Positions 30,951-42,259 of a DNA stretch of 64,000 nt are shown here, in pieces (the stretch's first letter is position 1; each line of letters begins with the position of its first letter). A program made the position numbers and the translations under genes. The DNA is from Nitrospirota bacterium. GTDB taxonomy: Bacteria > Nitrospirota > Thermodesulfovibrionia > Thermodesulfovibrionales > Dissulfurispiraceae. The stretch is taken from contig CAWBMP010000004.1 in NCBI GenBank assembly GCA_963790025.1, positions 1,120,001 to 1,184,000 of the forward strand. Direction: 5' to 3'. The notes beneath the pieces were generated by a model. That model saw only the letters and a list, made by a program, of their open reading frames with translations. It was not told the origin of the DNA and ran no database searches.

Positions 30951-32495
30951 TTACTCCCATTCAATAGTGCCGGGAGGCTTTGATGTTATGTCGTAAACAA
31001 CCCTGTTGACGCCTTTTACTTCATTGATTATTCTATTTGATATTCTCTCCAAAACCTCATGAGGAATCCTGGCCCAGTCAGCAGTCATACCGTCAAGGCT
31101 GGTTACCGCCCTTACAGCCACAACCTTTTCATACGTTCTTTCATCGCCCATGACCCCTACGCTTTTTATCGGAAGGATCACGGCAAACGCCTGCCATATG
31201 GACCGGTATAATCCAGCCAACCTTATCTCTTCAAGAACAATCGCATCCGATTCTCTCAGTATATCGAGCTTTTCTGCCGTCACTTCTCCGATGCACCGTA
31301 TGGCAAGTCCGGGACCTGGGAAGGGATGCCGCCAGCATATTTCCTCAGGAAGCCCCAACTCTTCACCCAATACGCGCACCTCATCCTTAAAAAGCTCCCT
31401 CAGAGGCTCAATAAGCTCTAATTTCATCATTTCCGGAAGCCCACCGACATTATGATGACTCTTTATAACTGCCGATGGTCCCTTGAAAGAAACGCTTTCA
31501 ATAACATCGGGATAAAGTGTCCCCTGGGCAAGATAATCAGCATCAGTTATCTTCCTGGCCTCCTCCTCAAAAACAGCGATAAATTCATTGCCGATTATCT
31601 TTCTCTTCAACTCCGGCTCGATAATGCCTGCAAGTTTATTAAGGAACCTCGCCTGGGCATCCACATAATCGAGTTTTATATGAAAATGGTCCCGGAAGGT
31701 CTTCAGCACCTTGTCCGCTTCCCCTTTCCTCAGAAGGCCGTTATCCACAAATACACAAGTAAGGCTATCGCCGATTGCCTTGTGGATAAGCACTGAGACA
31801 ACAGAAGAATCAACGCCGCCGCTCAAAGCGCAGACTACTTTCTTATTGCCGGCTTTTGCACGTATGTCAGCCACTGCCACTTCGATAAAAGAGGACATTT
31901 CCCAGGTGGGGCTGCAACCGCAAATAGTATGTACAAAATTCTGGAGTATTCTTGTCCCTTCATCGGTATGGACAACCTCGGGATGAAACTGAAGGGCGTA
32001 AAGTTTCCGCTCCTTATTCGCCATGGCAGCTATCGGTGAATTATCCGTATGCCCCGCAATAGAAAAACCTTCCGGCAAAAACTCTATCCTGTCTCCATGG
32101 CTCATCCAGACTTTCGACTTTTGCGTTATACCCCACAAGAGGTCGGAGTCGTCATCAATCATGAATTCGGCTTTTCCGTATTCTCTTTTCAAAGCCTTGG
32201 CCACTTCCCCTCCCAGGCACCGGGCCATTAACTGCATACCGTAGCATACGCCAAGCACCGGGACGCCCAGGCTGAACACCTCCGGATCGGGAAAAGGAGA
32301 ACCAGCATCATACACGCTGGAGGGGCCTCCTGAAAGGACAATCCCTTTCGGCTTGAAAGACTTTATCTTCTCAAGGGACGCATTGAAGGGAAATATCTCG
32401 GAATAAACTTTGCTTTCCCGTATTCTTCTAGCTATAAGCTGTGTATATTGCGAGCCGAAATCCAGAACTAATATTTTATCGTTATGTGTCATCAT
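30951..32495 (-). CDS. guaA: GMP synthase (glutamine-hydrolysing)
   Basis: [29 protein letters not shown] and KPPGTIEWE. Confidence 0.98.
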   Translation of the reverse strand: MMTHNDKILVLDFGSQYTQLIARRIRESKVYSEIFPFNASLEKIKSFKPKGIVLSGGPSSVYDAGSPFPDPEVFSLGVPVLGVCYGMQLMARCLGGEVAKALKREYGKAEFMIDDDSDLLWGITQKSKVWMSHGDRIEFLPEGFSIAGHTDNSPIAAMANKERKLYALQFHPEVVHTDEGTRILQNFVHTICGCSPTWEMSSFIEVAVADIRAKAGNKKVVCALSGGVDSSVVSVLIHKAIGDSLTCVFVDNGLLRKGEADKVLKTFRDHFHIKLDYVDAQARFLNKLAGIIEPELKRKIIGNEFIAVFEEEARKITDADYLAQGTLYPDVIESVSFKGPSAVIKSHHNVGGLPEMMKLELIEPLRELFKDEVRVLGEELGLPEEICWRHPFPGPGLAIRCIGEVTAEKLDILRESDAIVLEEIRLAGLYRSIWQAFAVILPIKSVGVMGDERTYEKVVAVRAVTSLDGMTADWARIPHEVLERISNRIINEVKGVNRVVYDITSKPPGTIEWE

Positions 32496-32585
32496 TTAAA
32501 TACGGTAATAAGGTTAAAGGTTAAAGAAAAATAAAATACATTTCAATTTTTTTTCGTTCAGCCTTTGACCTTTCACCTGCTTTGT

Positions 32586-34046
<1,461 letters not shown>

Positions 34047-34065
34047 TCATCCACTCCCCTAATGC

Positions 34066-34302
34066 AAAGTAAGAAATAAAAAGTGAGAAGTAAAAAGCAA
34101 CGAACAAGCGACCTTTTCTTTATATCATTTTACTTATCACTTTTTACTTGTCTCTGTGTCTTTGTGAGTGAGATTATACCATTTCTTTGCAGACGGGGGC
34201 AAAATGAAGAATGAGAAGACAAAAGTTAAAAGTGAGGAGCAACCGGACGACGTTTTCTTTAGTCCTTTCACCTTTAACTTTTTACTTCTCACTTTTTACT
34301 TG
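34066..34302. repeat. Two adjacent 7-nt-periodic inverted-repeat elements (AAAAGTG/AGAAGTA type) flanking the guaB promoter
   Basis: aaaagtg agaagta aaaagca ... ttttact tatcact ttttact, with a second copy at 34201-34302. Confidence 0.7.
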
Positions 34303-34305
34303 TCT

Positions 34306-34971
34306 TTAAGAAATGAGGTCTATATTAACCTTCACGTGCAGCCGCTGCCTAACGCCGTCAACATAGGAGGCAAGTGCCGCATCCCTGTGGTTCGTCAGTA
34401 TTGCCTGCATCTTTTCATTGACAGCTTTTTCGTCACCCGAAATATTCTTGAGATCAAGAGGATTTACCTCAACAGCTGCCAATATAAGCTGCCTCATTTT
34501 TGCCGAAACAAGCTGTTGCCGAACTGAGGCCTCGAACATCTCGGGCGTCTGACGCTGTAGTTGAAGCGCCCTGAAGTAAATCTTCTGGCTAAAAACGCCA
34601 TCTCGCATAAACGTCGGTTCGTGAGTGATGACATCCTGAAGCTCCTTATCAGACACGCTGACACCCAGGTCTCCTGCCGCAATCAAAAGCACCTTCTCCG
34701 CTATGAGGCTATTGAGTACAACCTCTTTCAATTTAAGGTTCTTTTCCATTTCCTCGGTAAATTGGTCCTTGTAAGTGTCACGGAACGCAGTTCTCATCTG
34801 CTCATAGGCCCGCCAGAATTCTTCAGGAGCAATCTTTTCCTTGCCGATTTCGGCAACACTCGGCGCACCCGATTTGTCGACCGACCCCACCCCCCAGAAT
34901 ATGAAAGACAGGATGACAATTACGAACAATACATAAAAAAAACGTGCATGTTTACGCATAGACTGAAGCAT
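34306..34971 (-). CDS. SurA N-terminal domain protein (PpiD-like chaperone without a PPIase domain)
   Basis: MLQSMRK...SFIFWGVG, VSDKEL..I...P.F..DGVF. Confidence 0.8.
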   Translation of the reverse strand: MLQSMRKHARFFYVLFVIVILSFIFWGVGSVDKSGAPSVAEIGKEKIAPEEFWRAYEQMRTAFRDTYKDQFTEEMEKNLKLKEVVLNSLIAEKVLLIAAGDLGVSVSDKELQDVITHEPTFMRDGVFSQKIYFRALQLQRQTPEMFEASVRQQLVSAKMRQLILAAVEVNPLDLKNISGDEKAVNEKMQAILTNHRDAALASYVDGVRQRLHVKVNIDLIS

Positions 34972-34975
34972 TTAT

Positions 34976-35383
34976 TTAATACCTCCCCGAAAAAAAATCT
35001 TCAAGAATGTCCTTGTGGTCAAACGCTAAATTACCTGGAAGAGTGTCTTTATTGAATATGCATGCCTCCCCCGCATCATCTCCAGATCTTAAGGCCCCCT
35101 CGCCATCCGCTATGAATACAGTTGATATGCTATGCAGGCGGGCATCCCTGGCCGGATCAGAATAGGTGTGGAACTGCCTGACTAGCCGCACATCAAGACC
35201 CGTTTCCTCTTTCGCCTCACGCACAGCCGCAGTTTCAAGGCTTTCTCCGTAATCTACGAACCCTCCGGGAATTGCCCATCCAAGCGGAGGATTTTTCCGT
35301 TTGATCAGCACAATACCGTCCTGCCATTTTATTATTATGTCGACTGTGGGGAGAGGATTACGCGGATTACCAGGCATACGCAT
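34976..35383 (-). CDS. NUDIX hydrolase
   Basis: [33 protein letters not shown] and LAFDH. Confidence 0.9.
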   Translation of the reverse strand: MRMPGNPRNPLPTVDIIIKWQDGIVLIKRKNPPLGWAIPGGFVDYGESLETAAVREAKEETGLDVRLVRQFHTYSDPARDARLHSISTVFIADGEGALRSGDDAGEACIFNKDTLPGNLAFDHKDILEDFFSGRY

Positions 35384-35389
35384 TTATTT

Positions 35390-35635
35390 TCAGCTGTTGT
35401 TTTCTGCCTCCTCAATTCTCAGGTCCAGGATTTTCTCGGGGACAATAGTGGACACGGCATGCTTGTAGATAAGCTGTTCGTTCGCCTCTTTAAGCAGAAT
35501 GACAAAACTGTCGAACCCTTTGACAACTCCCTTCAGCCTCACTCCGTTTGTGAGATAAATCACCACGGGGATTTTTTCTTTCCGCAGCTGGTTCAGGAAA
35601 AGATCCTGAAGACTCTGCCCCCTGCTAATTCCCAT
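35390..35635 (-). CDS. hfq: RNA chaperone Hfq
   Basis: [22 protein letters not shown] and [17 protein letters not shown]. Confidence 0.96.
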   Translation of the reverse strand: MGISRGQSLQDLFLNQLRKEKIPVVIYLTNGVRLKGVVKGFDSFVILLKEANEQLIYKHAVSTIVPEKILDLRIEEAENNS

Positions 35636-35832
35636 GCCCCCTCCTAAAAAATTGTTAGAGGTCCAAGGTTTGAGGAACCTCAAGCTTCCTATTTACGATA
35701 AAGCATTTTTTCTAATTATTCAAGCGATATGTGAATAGTAGGTCAGTTCCAGCGCCGACATACAGCCTGCACCTGCCGCTCCCTTCCTTATAAACCCTGT
35801 GTTATACTATAAGAGGAAATGATGGTATAGAT

Positions 35833-36036
35833 ATGCCTATATTTGAATATACATGCGAAAAGTGCGGCAAGGAATTCGAAAAGCTTGTTTTCGGAAACCA
35901 GAAAGTGACTTGTGCTGCATGCGGGTCCGGGAATGTAAAAAAGAGGTTTTCGGTATTCGGAATGAGCGGGGTTGAGCGTGCCGCGTCTTCCGGGTGTTCT
36001 TCATGCAGTTCGGGTTCGTGTAGTTCTTGCAAATAA
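35833..36036 (+). CDS. FmdB-family zinc-ribbon protein
   Basis: [14 protein letters not shown]...CAACGS and a C-terminal [12 protein letters not shown]. Confidence 0.88.
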   Translation: MPIFEYTCEKCGKEFEKLVFGNQKVTCAACGSGNVKKRFSVFGMSGVERAASSGCSSCSSGSCSSCK

Positions 36037-36353
36037 TGGACGACCACAGCTATCAGATATCTGAATCCGTTGTCGAAACAGAGGACCTTCAGAAAACAAA
36101 AAAACCCTCGTTGTACAGAGTGTTGCTGCTCAACGACGATTACACTACTATGGAGTTTGTTGTCCACATACTTGAGTTCGTCTTTCACAAATCCCCTGTA
36201 GAAGCGACACAGATAATGTTCCATGTTCACAAGAACGGCTCAGGACTTGCCGGCACATATACCAGGGAGATCGCCGAAACAAAGGTAAATACCGTACTGG
36301 AACTTGCCCGTAAGAGCAAGTTCCCGCTTAAATGCATAATGGAGAAAGAATGA
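36036..36353 (+). CDS. clpS: ATP-dependent Clp protease adaptor
   Basis: [20 protein letters not shown] and EIAETK. Confidence 0.96.
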   Translation: MDDHSYQISESVVETEDLQKTKKPSLYRVLLLNDDYTTMEFVVHILEFVFHKSPVEATQIMFHVHKNGSGLAGTYTREIAETKVNTVLELARKSKFPLKCIMEKE

Positions 36354-38617
36354 TCAACAAGGCACTGGAACTGACACTCGAAGCCACGATCCGCGATGCC
36401 GAAAACAAGAGACATGAATACCTGACCGTAGAGCACATACTCTTTGCAGCGCTTCACGATGATTGGGGAGTTGAAATAATTTCCAATTGCGGCGGCAATA
36501 TTGCTCGACTCAAGTCTCAAATCGAGAAATTTTTTGACGAAAATCTTCCCAAGCTGGCCGATAATGCTGACGCGTATACAAAACCAACCCTCGCCTTCCA
36601 GCGTGTACTTCAAAGGGCCCTGGGCCACGTGCAATCAGCAGGTAAGCAGGAGGCTGATGCAGGTGATATCATCTCGTCAATTTTCCTCGAAGAGGATTCT
36701 CATGCTGTCCACTTCCTGGAATCAGAGGGCATTACCAGGCTTGATGTACTCAATTACATTTCTCACGGCATATCCAAACTCTACAATGAATCCGACAATC
36801 AGGATTCCGAACATAAACACGAGCAGCCGTCTACCGCTGAACCGCAGAAGGGTGGGGCATTGCCGGCAAAAGACCCGCTCAGGCAGTTTACCGTAGACCT
36901 GGTGGAAAAGGCCGCACTCGGGGAGATCGATCCTCTGGTCGGACGTGAAGCCGAGCTTAAGCGGACCATTCAGGTCTTATGCAGGAGGAGAAAGAATAAT
37001 ATCATTTTTGTCGGTGAGCCCGGCGTGGGGAAGACCGCGATCGTCGAAGGGCTAGCGCTAAACATACAGCATGGAAAAGTACCGGAACTGCTCAAAAAAA
37101 CGAAGATATTTTCGATGGATATGGGAGCGCTGCTTGCGGGTACCAAATACCGCGGAGATTTTGAAGCGCGACTCAAGGCGACCCTTAAAAGCATCAGTAA
37201 AATTCCCGACGCGATTCTTTTTATTGACGAGATCCATACCGTGGTCGGGGCCGGCGCTACCAGCGGCGGCTCTATGGATGCCTCCAATATATTGAAACCG
37301 TTGCTGAACTCAGGTGCGCTGCGCTGCATCGGGGCTACCACTTACGAGGAATACAGGAACCATTTTGAAAAAGACCGTGCGCTCTCAAGAAGGTTCCAGA
37401 AAATCGAGCTTCAGGAGCCGGGCATAGATGAGACGGTACTGATACTGAATGGGTTGAGGAACTATTATGAGCGATTCCACGGTGTTACATATACAAGAAA
37501 CGCACTTAAAGCCGCGGCCGAGCTTTCAGCAAAATACATTAACGACCGTTTTCTGCCCGACAAAGCTATCGACGTTGTTGATGAGGCAGGAGCGGCGCTT
37601 AAACTTGACGCAACTTACAAGAACAAGCGTACTATCGGAGTTGCCGATATAGAAAGAGTAATTTCGAGAATAGCCAGGATTCCTTCGCGGTCGATTTCCA
37701 CATCCGACATTCATAGGCTTAAACAGCTTGAGGACGAATTAAAACAGTCGGTATTCGGCCAGGAGGATGCTATTCACTCTCTTGCGGCCTCTATCAAGCG
37801 GTCACGGGCAGGATTAGGTTCCCCGGAGAAGACTATCGGGTCATTTTTGTTTACCGGTCCCACAGGAGTGGGAAAGACAGAGGTTTCAAAGCAACTGGCT
37901 GCAGTATTAGGCGTCCAGTTCATCCGCTTTGATATGAGTGAATACATGGAGAAGCATACAGTGGCCCGCCTGATAGGAGCACCGCCGGGATATGTTGGCT
38001 TTGACCAGGGGGGACTGCTCACAGACAGTATCAGGAAGCACCCGTACAGCGTTCTGCTCATGGATGAAATAGAAAAAGCCCACCCGGACATTTTCAGCAT
38101 TCTCCTTCAGGTAATGGACTATGCGACATTGACCGACAATAACGGGAAAAAGGCTGATTTCAGGAACGTCATTCTTATTATGACTTCGAATGCAGGCGCA
38201 AAAGAATTGGCAAAAAACGTTATCGGCTTCGGCGACAGGAGCAGAGACACCCAGTCGAAGGGCAAAGAGGCCATTGACAGATTGTTCAACCCGGAATTCC
38301 GGAACAGGCTCGATGCCATTATCAGCTTTGCGCCGCTAACACCCCGGACAATGGAGAAGGTCGTGGATAAGTTCATCAAAGAGCTGGAGCGTCAGCTCAC
38401 CCCGAAAAAGGTCTCGATCTTTCTTTCCCCAGAAGCCCGGCAGTGGCTTGCCCAAAAGGGACATGACAGCGTCTACGGGGCGCGTCCCCTGGCCCGTCTC
38501 ATCCAAACAGAAATAAAGGACACTTTGTCGGAAGAAGTTCTATTCGGCAAATTGAGCAAAGGCGGTACGGTAAACATCAGCCTCGTCGAGGACCGTTTAA
38601 GCTTCAGCTACTCTTAA
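36350..38617 (+). CDS. clpA: ATP-dependent Clp protease ATP-binding subunit
   Basis: HEYLTVEH, two AAA+ modules ([16 protein letters not shown]), no middle coiled coil, and an IGF loop. Confidence 0.96.
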   Translation: MINKALELTLEATIRDAENKRHEYLTVEHILFAALHDDWGVEIISNCGGNIARLKSQIEKFFDENLPKLADNADAYTKPTLAFQRVLQRALGHVQSAGKQEADAGDIISSIFLEEDSHAVHFLESEGITRLDVLNYISHGISKLYNESDNQDSEHKHEQPSTAEPQKGGALPAKDPLRQFTVDLVEKAALGEIDPLVGREAELKRTIQVLCRRRKNNIIFVGEPGVGKTAIVEGLALNIQHGKVPELLKKTKIFSMDMGALLAGTKYRGDFEARLKATLKSISKIPDAILFIDEIHTVVGAGATSGGSMDASNILKPLLNSGALRCIGATTYEEYRNHFEKDRALSRRFQKIELQEPGIDETVLILNGLRNYYERFHGVTYTRNALKAAAELSAKYINDRFLPDKAIDVVDEAGAALKLDATYKNKRTIGVADIERVISRIARIPSRSISTSDIHRLKQLEDELKQSVFGQEDAIHSLAASIKRSRAGLGSPEKTIGSFLFTGPTGVGKTEVSKQLAAVLGVQFIRFDMSEYMEKHTVARLIGAPPGYVGFDQGGLLTDSIRKHPYSVLLMDEIEKAHPDIFSILLQVMDYATLTDNNGKKADFRNVILIMTSNAGAKELAKNVIGFGDRSRDTQSKGKEAIDRLFNPEFRNRLDAIISFAPLTPRTMEKVVDKFIKELERQLTPKKVSIFLSPEARQWLAQKGHDSVYGARPLARLIQTEIKDTLSEEVLFGKLSKGGTVNISLVEDRLSFSYS

Positions 38618-38626
38618 CCCGCGATA

Positions 38627-39307
38627 ATGCCTATCTTTGGGCTGACAGACGATCTTATTTTCCCTCCACCCGAACTTGCCGACAAGGACGGCCTGCTTTG
38701 CGTTGGAGGGGACCTTAGTGAAGAGCGACTTTTACTCGCCTACTCAATGGGAATTTTTCCGTGGTATTCTGAGGATTATCCTATTTTATGGTGGTCGCCA
38801 GACCCGCGTCTCGTATTATTTCCTCAGGAATTAAAAGTATCAAGAAGCCTGGGGCAGGTGCTCAAAAAGAATATTTTCAAAATCACAATGGATGCAGCAT
38901 TTCCCGACGTTATCAAAAACTGCGCAGTCAGCCGAAAAAAGGAGGACGAGGGCACATGGATTACAGCGGAAATGGCGGATGCATATATACAAATACACCG
39001 TTCAGGTTTTGCCCATTCAGTTGAAAGCTGGTATGAGGGCGAATTGGCAGGAGGGCTTTATGGAGTTGCGTTGGGCGGCGCATTCTTTGGAGAATCGATG
39101 TTCGCAAAAAAAAGTAATGCCTCCAAGGCCGCTTTTGTTACTCTCGTTGAGCAGCTCATCAAATGGAACTTTACGCTTATCGATTGCCAGGTCACTACCG
39201 GGCACCTTATTAACTTCGGAGCACGGGAAATCCCCCGGTCTGCATTCATGCAGAGGCTGAAGCAGGCCCTCACAATGCCGACGAAAAAAGGACCTTGGGC
39301 GTTATAG
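38627..39307 (+). CDS. aat: Leucyl/phenylalanyl-tRNA-protein transferase
   Basis: GIFPWY, WWSPDPR, AHSVE.W, FFGESMF and IDCQ. Confidence 0.96.
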   Translation: MPIFGLTDDLIFPPPELADKDGLLCVGGDLSEERLLLAYSMGIFPWYSEDYPILWWSPDPRLVLFPQELKVSRSLGQVLKKNIFKITMDAAFPDVIKNCAVSRKKEDEGTWITAEMADAYIQIHRSGFAHSVESWYEGELAGGLYGVALGGAFFGESMFAKKSNASKAAFVTLVEQLIKWNFTLIDCQVTTGHLINFGAREIPRSAFMQRLKQALTMPTKKGPWAL

Positions 39308-39383
39308 CGTTCAGCGGACGGCAAACAGCGTACTGCATTTTAAAGCTTTAAACGCTGAACCCAGTACGCTGTATGCTAAACGT
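39300..39383. repeat. 7-nt-periodic inverted-repeat element (CGTTCAG type)
   Basis: agcgttc agcggac ... agcgtac tg ... acgctga acccagt acgctgt atgcta. Confidence 0.65.
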
Positions 39384-39388
39384 TTTTC

Positions 39389-39817
39389 TTATTCCGGATA
39401 TTTGAAGGGATTTGCCTTTAAAACTGCGTCCACTTTCAAAGGTACGCCCTTTAAGATAAAAACAGCCATTCCCCGATCTTCAGTTGTCTTTCCATCCCTC
39501 TTCCAGGTCCCCTTCCAGGAGACATTGACAGTCACAGTGCCTCCATCAATTTCGACCAGTACAGGAGTAAAAATCAATTCGGCAGAATTGAAACTCTTTA
39601 TGAAGCTGGTGATTTCCTTAAACCCTTCCTGAGTCGTATCTTTTTCGATGCCGAACACATCCCTTTTAAGGTAGGCTTCCTTTATCTCATCGATAAGAGC
39701 AAAACTTTCTGTTGCTATTTTTGAATCTTCCGTCACCTTCTTGACCTCTTTTTTCCCGCATGAAACAGTAAAGACAACCATGATAAGTAAAAGGGCCAAA
39801 CAAAAAAGCCTTTTCAT
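39389..39817 (-). CDS. Putative lipoprotein
   Basis: Lipobox-like TVSC after a hydrophobic stretch; GGAGG SD. Confidence 0.75.
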   Translation of the reverse strand: MKRLFCLALLLIMVVFTVSCGKKEVKKVTEDSKIATESFALIDEIKEAYLKRDVFGIEKDTTQEGFKEITSFIKSFNSAELIFTPVLVEIDGGTVTVNVSWKGTWKRDGKTTEDRGMAVFILKGVPLKVDAVLKANPFKYPE

Positions 39818-39948
39818 ATATATCCTCCATATAAACAGCGTTATAGCTTACAGCGCACGGCGTTCGGCGATAAAGCGCGTCAGCAATTATAGATGATTTG
39901 GTCCATTTTACTCTACCCCTTCCGTTTGTCTTCTGTTATCATAGCACT

Positions 39949-40392
39949 ATGAAGATAGTTGCGCAGAACAGAAAGGCCTACCATGACTACAGCATCGAGG
40001 ACACCCTTGAGGCTGGCATGCAACTCCTTGGCACAGAGGTGAAATCACTCAGGGACGGCAAGGCTAACCTTAAAGACAGCTATGTACTCATCAAAGATGC
40101 AGGGGTGTTTCTCTTCAATTGCCACATCAGCCCGTATACTCATGGGAACATAATGAACCACGAGCCGCTGAGGACAAGAAAACTCCTTCTGCACCGCAAA
40201 GAAATAGAACGACTGAAAGGCAAGGCCCAGATCAAAGGATATACCCTGATTCCGCTCAAAATCTATTTTAAGGGACCCTTTGCAAAGGTGGAAATTGGGC
40301 TTGGCAAGGGCAAAAGGGAATACGAGAAGAGAGAAACCATTAAAGAGCGCGAGGCCAAGCGAGTTATAGAACGCGCTATGAAGACCAAGTAG
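39949..40392 (+). CDS. smpB: SsrA-binding protein
   Basis: NRKAYHDY, GTEVKSLR, RTRKLLLH and GKGKREYEKRE. Confidence 0.97.
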   Translation: MKIVAQNRKAYHDYSIEDTLEAGMQLLGTEVKSLRDGKANLKDSYVLIKDAGVFLFNCHISPYTHGNIMNHEPLRTRKLLLHRKEIERLKGKAQIKGYTLIPLKIYFKGPFAKVEIGLGKGKREYEKRETIKEREAKRVIERAMKTK

Positions 40393-40434
40393 TCACAGGA
40401 TATATGGTATAATATGTTAGTTAGCAGTTTAGTA

Positions 40435-40779
40435 GGGGGCGATAGGACTCGACGGGGGTTATGAGGCTCAAGTTGCATGCCGTGGCTCCATCACCACGTA
40501 AAAAGGTGGAACAAACACAAACGCCAACAACGAACTGGCAATCGCTGCTTAACCAATAGCAGCACGCTCCTTCGGTGATGTCTGTGCGCTGAAACGAGCG
40601 TCATATAGCAGGCTGCCGTCGGATGACTCCCTTAATTCCGGCGAAAGACTAAGGGATAGGAGATCAGCAGGCCCGCCAGCCGGCATTCTGATTTCCGAGA
40701 ATCAAATAGGTTGGATATGCATGTAGAAGCTTGGGAGTAGTGCTTTCGGACGCGGGTTCGATTCCCGCCGCCTCCACCA
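40435..40779 (+). ncRNA. ssrA: tmRNA; tag peptide (A)ANNELAIAA* at 40523-40552
   Basis: 5' GGGGGCG pairs with 3' CGCCTCC-ACCA; T-arm GCGGGTTCGATTCCCGC; tag ORF ends in AA-stop; downstream of smpB. Confidence 0.96.
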
Positions 40780-40856
40780 TAAGTCTTTGAGAATATTGAC
40801 TAAGTTTCATTCCCCTTTCATTCCTGTCCCCAAGCAGGAATGATTTGCGGGCAACA

Positions 40857-40884
40857 AAAAAGCCTCCGTTAACGGAGGCTTTTT
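40857..40884. terminator. Bidirectional intrinsic terminator
   Basis: Perfect palindrome AAAAAGCCTCCGTTAACGGAGGCTTTTT. Confidence 0.88.
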
Positions 40885-40909
40885 CAATGATTATTCCTTG
40901 ACTGTGGTT

Positions 40910-41164
40910 TTATCGCTTATAAACGTCGCCTCTTGACCTGATGAGGGCGATAAGAAGGGTTTTACCGATTAGTTCACAAAGTATCCTGTATTTGCCGACT
41001 CTGATTCTGTATATATTTTCTTCGCCGGTTATGGGCTTGATGTCAACGGGCAGTCCATCTGTAAGTTTTTGGAAAACGGAATCGACAAGTTCCTTGTAAT
41101 CAGCGGGTAATTTCTTATAGGCTTTTGCGGCTTTCTTGGAAAACTCTATCTCAAGTCTTTCCAC
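40910..41164 (-). CDS. Type II toxin, RelE/StbE family
   Basis: IEFSKKAAKAYKKL, YRIRVGKYRI and SRGDVYK. Confidence 0.88.
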   Translation of the reverse strand: MERLEIEFSKKAAKAYKKLPADYKELVDSVFQKLTDGLPVDIKPITGEENIYRIRVGKYRILCELIGKTLLIALIRSRGDVYKR

Positions 41165-41352
41165 CGAACCGTCTCTTTCCGGGCGTGTTCTCTCCGAGTA
41201 GCCTTGATTTCAGTCTTTTCGATTTTTGAAAGCGGGGAGGTATCGCTTTCAACAACTGTCTTGTGAAAAATGTCCATTAACTCATTTTCCGGCAGCGTCT
41301 TCAGAATATTTACGAGCGCGTCTTCCGGTATCGTTAATGTTTTGGCAGACAT
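41146..41352 (-). CDS. Putative cognate antitoxin
   Basis: Small ORF overlapping the toxin start, C-terminal ETVRWKDL, GAGGT SD. Confidence 0.72.
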   Translation of the reverse strand: MSAKTLTIPEDALVNILKTLPENELMDIFHKTVVESDTSPLSKIEKTEIKATRREHARKETVRWKDLR

Positions 41353-41505
41353 AATATTACCTCGCGTATCAGTTTTCATCTACATTATACCAAAAACATT
41401 GAAGCCCGTTCCCGGTTTTCGTTCCTGACTCGTTCCTGATAGGCTTAAAAATGCTATAATTTCAATGGTAGCGTCGGGTTCGATTCCCGCCGCCTCCACC
41501 ATAAG

Positions 41506-42003
41506 TCAGTCGAATTCCCCAATTTCCGGTTCCCCATTTTCCGGTTCACCCGCCCAGATTCCGGGGAAGAAAAAATTTCTTATGTTTTCGAGGGCATCCA
41601 GCATCAAAGATATTATTTTATTCTGCCTCGACTTATCCAGTTCTTTATTTGATCCTAACCGGATTTTACCTTTACCCTCCATATGGGATATGACCGGGGC
41701 GAAAAATTCCTTATGTGTGTCCACAGGGACCCAAATCAAATCGCCATTACCTGTCTTATCAATAAGAACCCTCCTATAATCTTGCAGACCATACAAAAAC
41801 ATTTTTCCGGCGCCGGCCATATGAATAAAGTACTCACCTTCTTGCAGACCAACAATTGCCAGCCCTTTTCCATTCTTATAAATTGACCCTGGACGGCAAA
41901 CAACATCCCCTTTTACGTCACCAATAAAATCGCCTGCGAAAGACGCACCATAGAATTGGATTATTATTGATGCAGCCATTAAAACAATTGTTATCTTTTT
42001 CAT
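41506..42003 (-). CDS. Exported hypothetical protein
   Basis: Signal-like MKKITIVLMAASIIIQFYGASFA; GAGG SD. Confidence 0.6.
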   Translation of the reverse strand: MKKITIVLMAASIIIQFYGASFAGDFIGDVKGDVVCRPGSIYKNGKGLAIVGLQEGEYFIHMAGAGKMFLYGLQDYRRVLIDKTGNGDLIWVPVDTHKEFFAPVISHMEGKGKIRLGSNKELDKSRQNKIISLMLDALENIRNFFFPGIWAGEPENGEPEIGEFD

Positions 42004-42105
42004 TTCCTCACCGTTAATCTTGTTGTAAAGTTTCTTAACTTCTAAACCATAAGTCTTTATAAAATCATATCTTTCTACTCCCATTGCTCCTTCTGAAATC
42101 ATATA

Positions 42106-42122
42106 CGCAATAACCTTGCCAA
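42106..42122 (-). promoter_or_regulatory. Putative sigma54 promoter
   Basis: TTGGCAAGGTTATTGCG, with correct -24 GG / -12 GC spacing. Confidence 0.6.
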
Positions 42123-42259
42123 AGACAATGTCGCTTAATAATCATACTGTTGCATTCAGCAACGAATTAGAAAAACGGGCAGATTTGGGGATATAACCAA
42201 ATGCGACTGGTGAAAATCCCAATCTCTTTCAGGGTCAGGTTAGGTTCAGTTCAGGGCAG

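Larger units (their letters stand above)
40753..41507. mobile_element. Mini genomic island at the tmRNA 3' end, bounded by 33-bp direct repeats (40753-40785 and 41475-41507)
   Basis: Identical CGGGTTCGATTCCCGCCGCCTCCACCATAAGTC copies 722 bp apart. Cargo is a TA pair; no integrase. Confidence 0.8.

Noticed and set aside
41467..41501. Possible tRNA gene
   Set aside because: It has only a T-arm and 3' acceptor strand identical to ssrA, with no D or anticodon arm.
41465..41779. 104-aa + strand ORF starting at the tmRNA fragment
   Set aside because: It translates the att repeat and is antisense to a better ORF.
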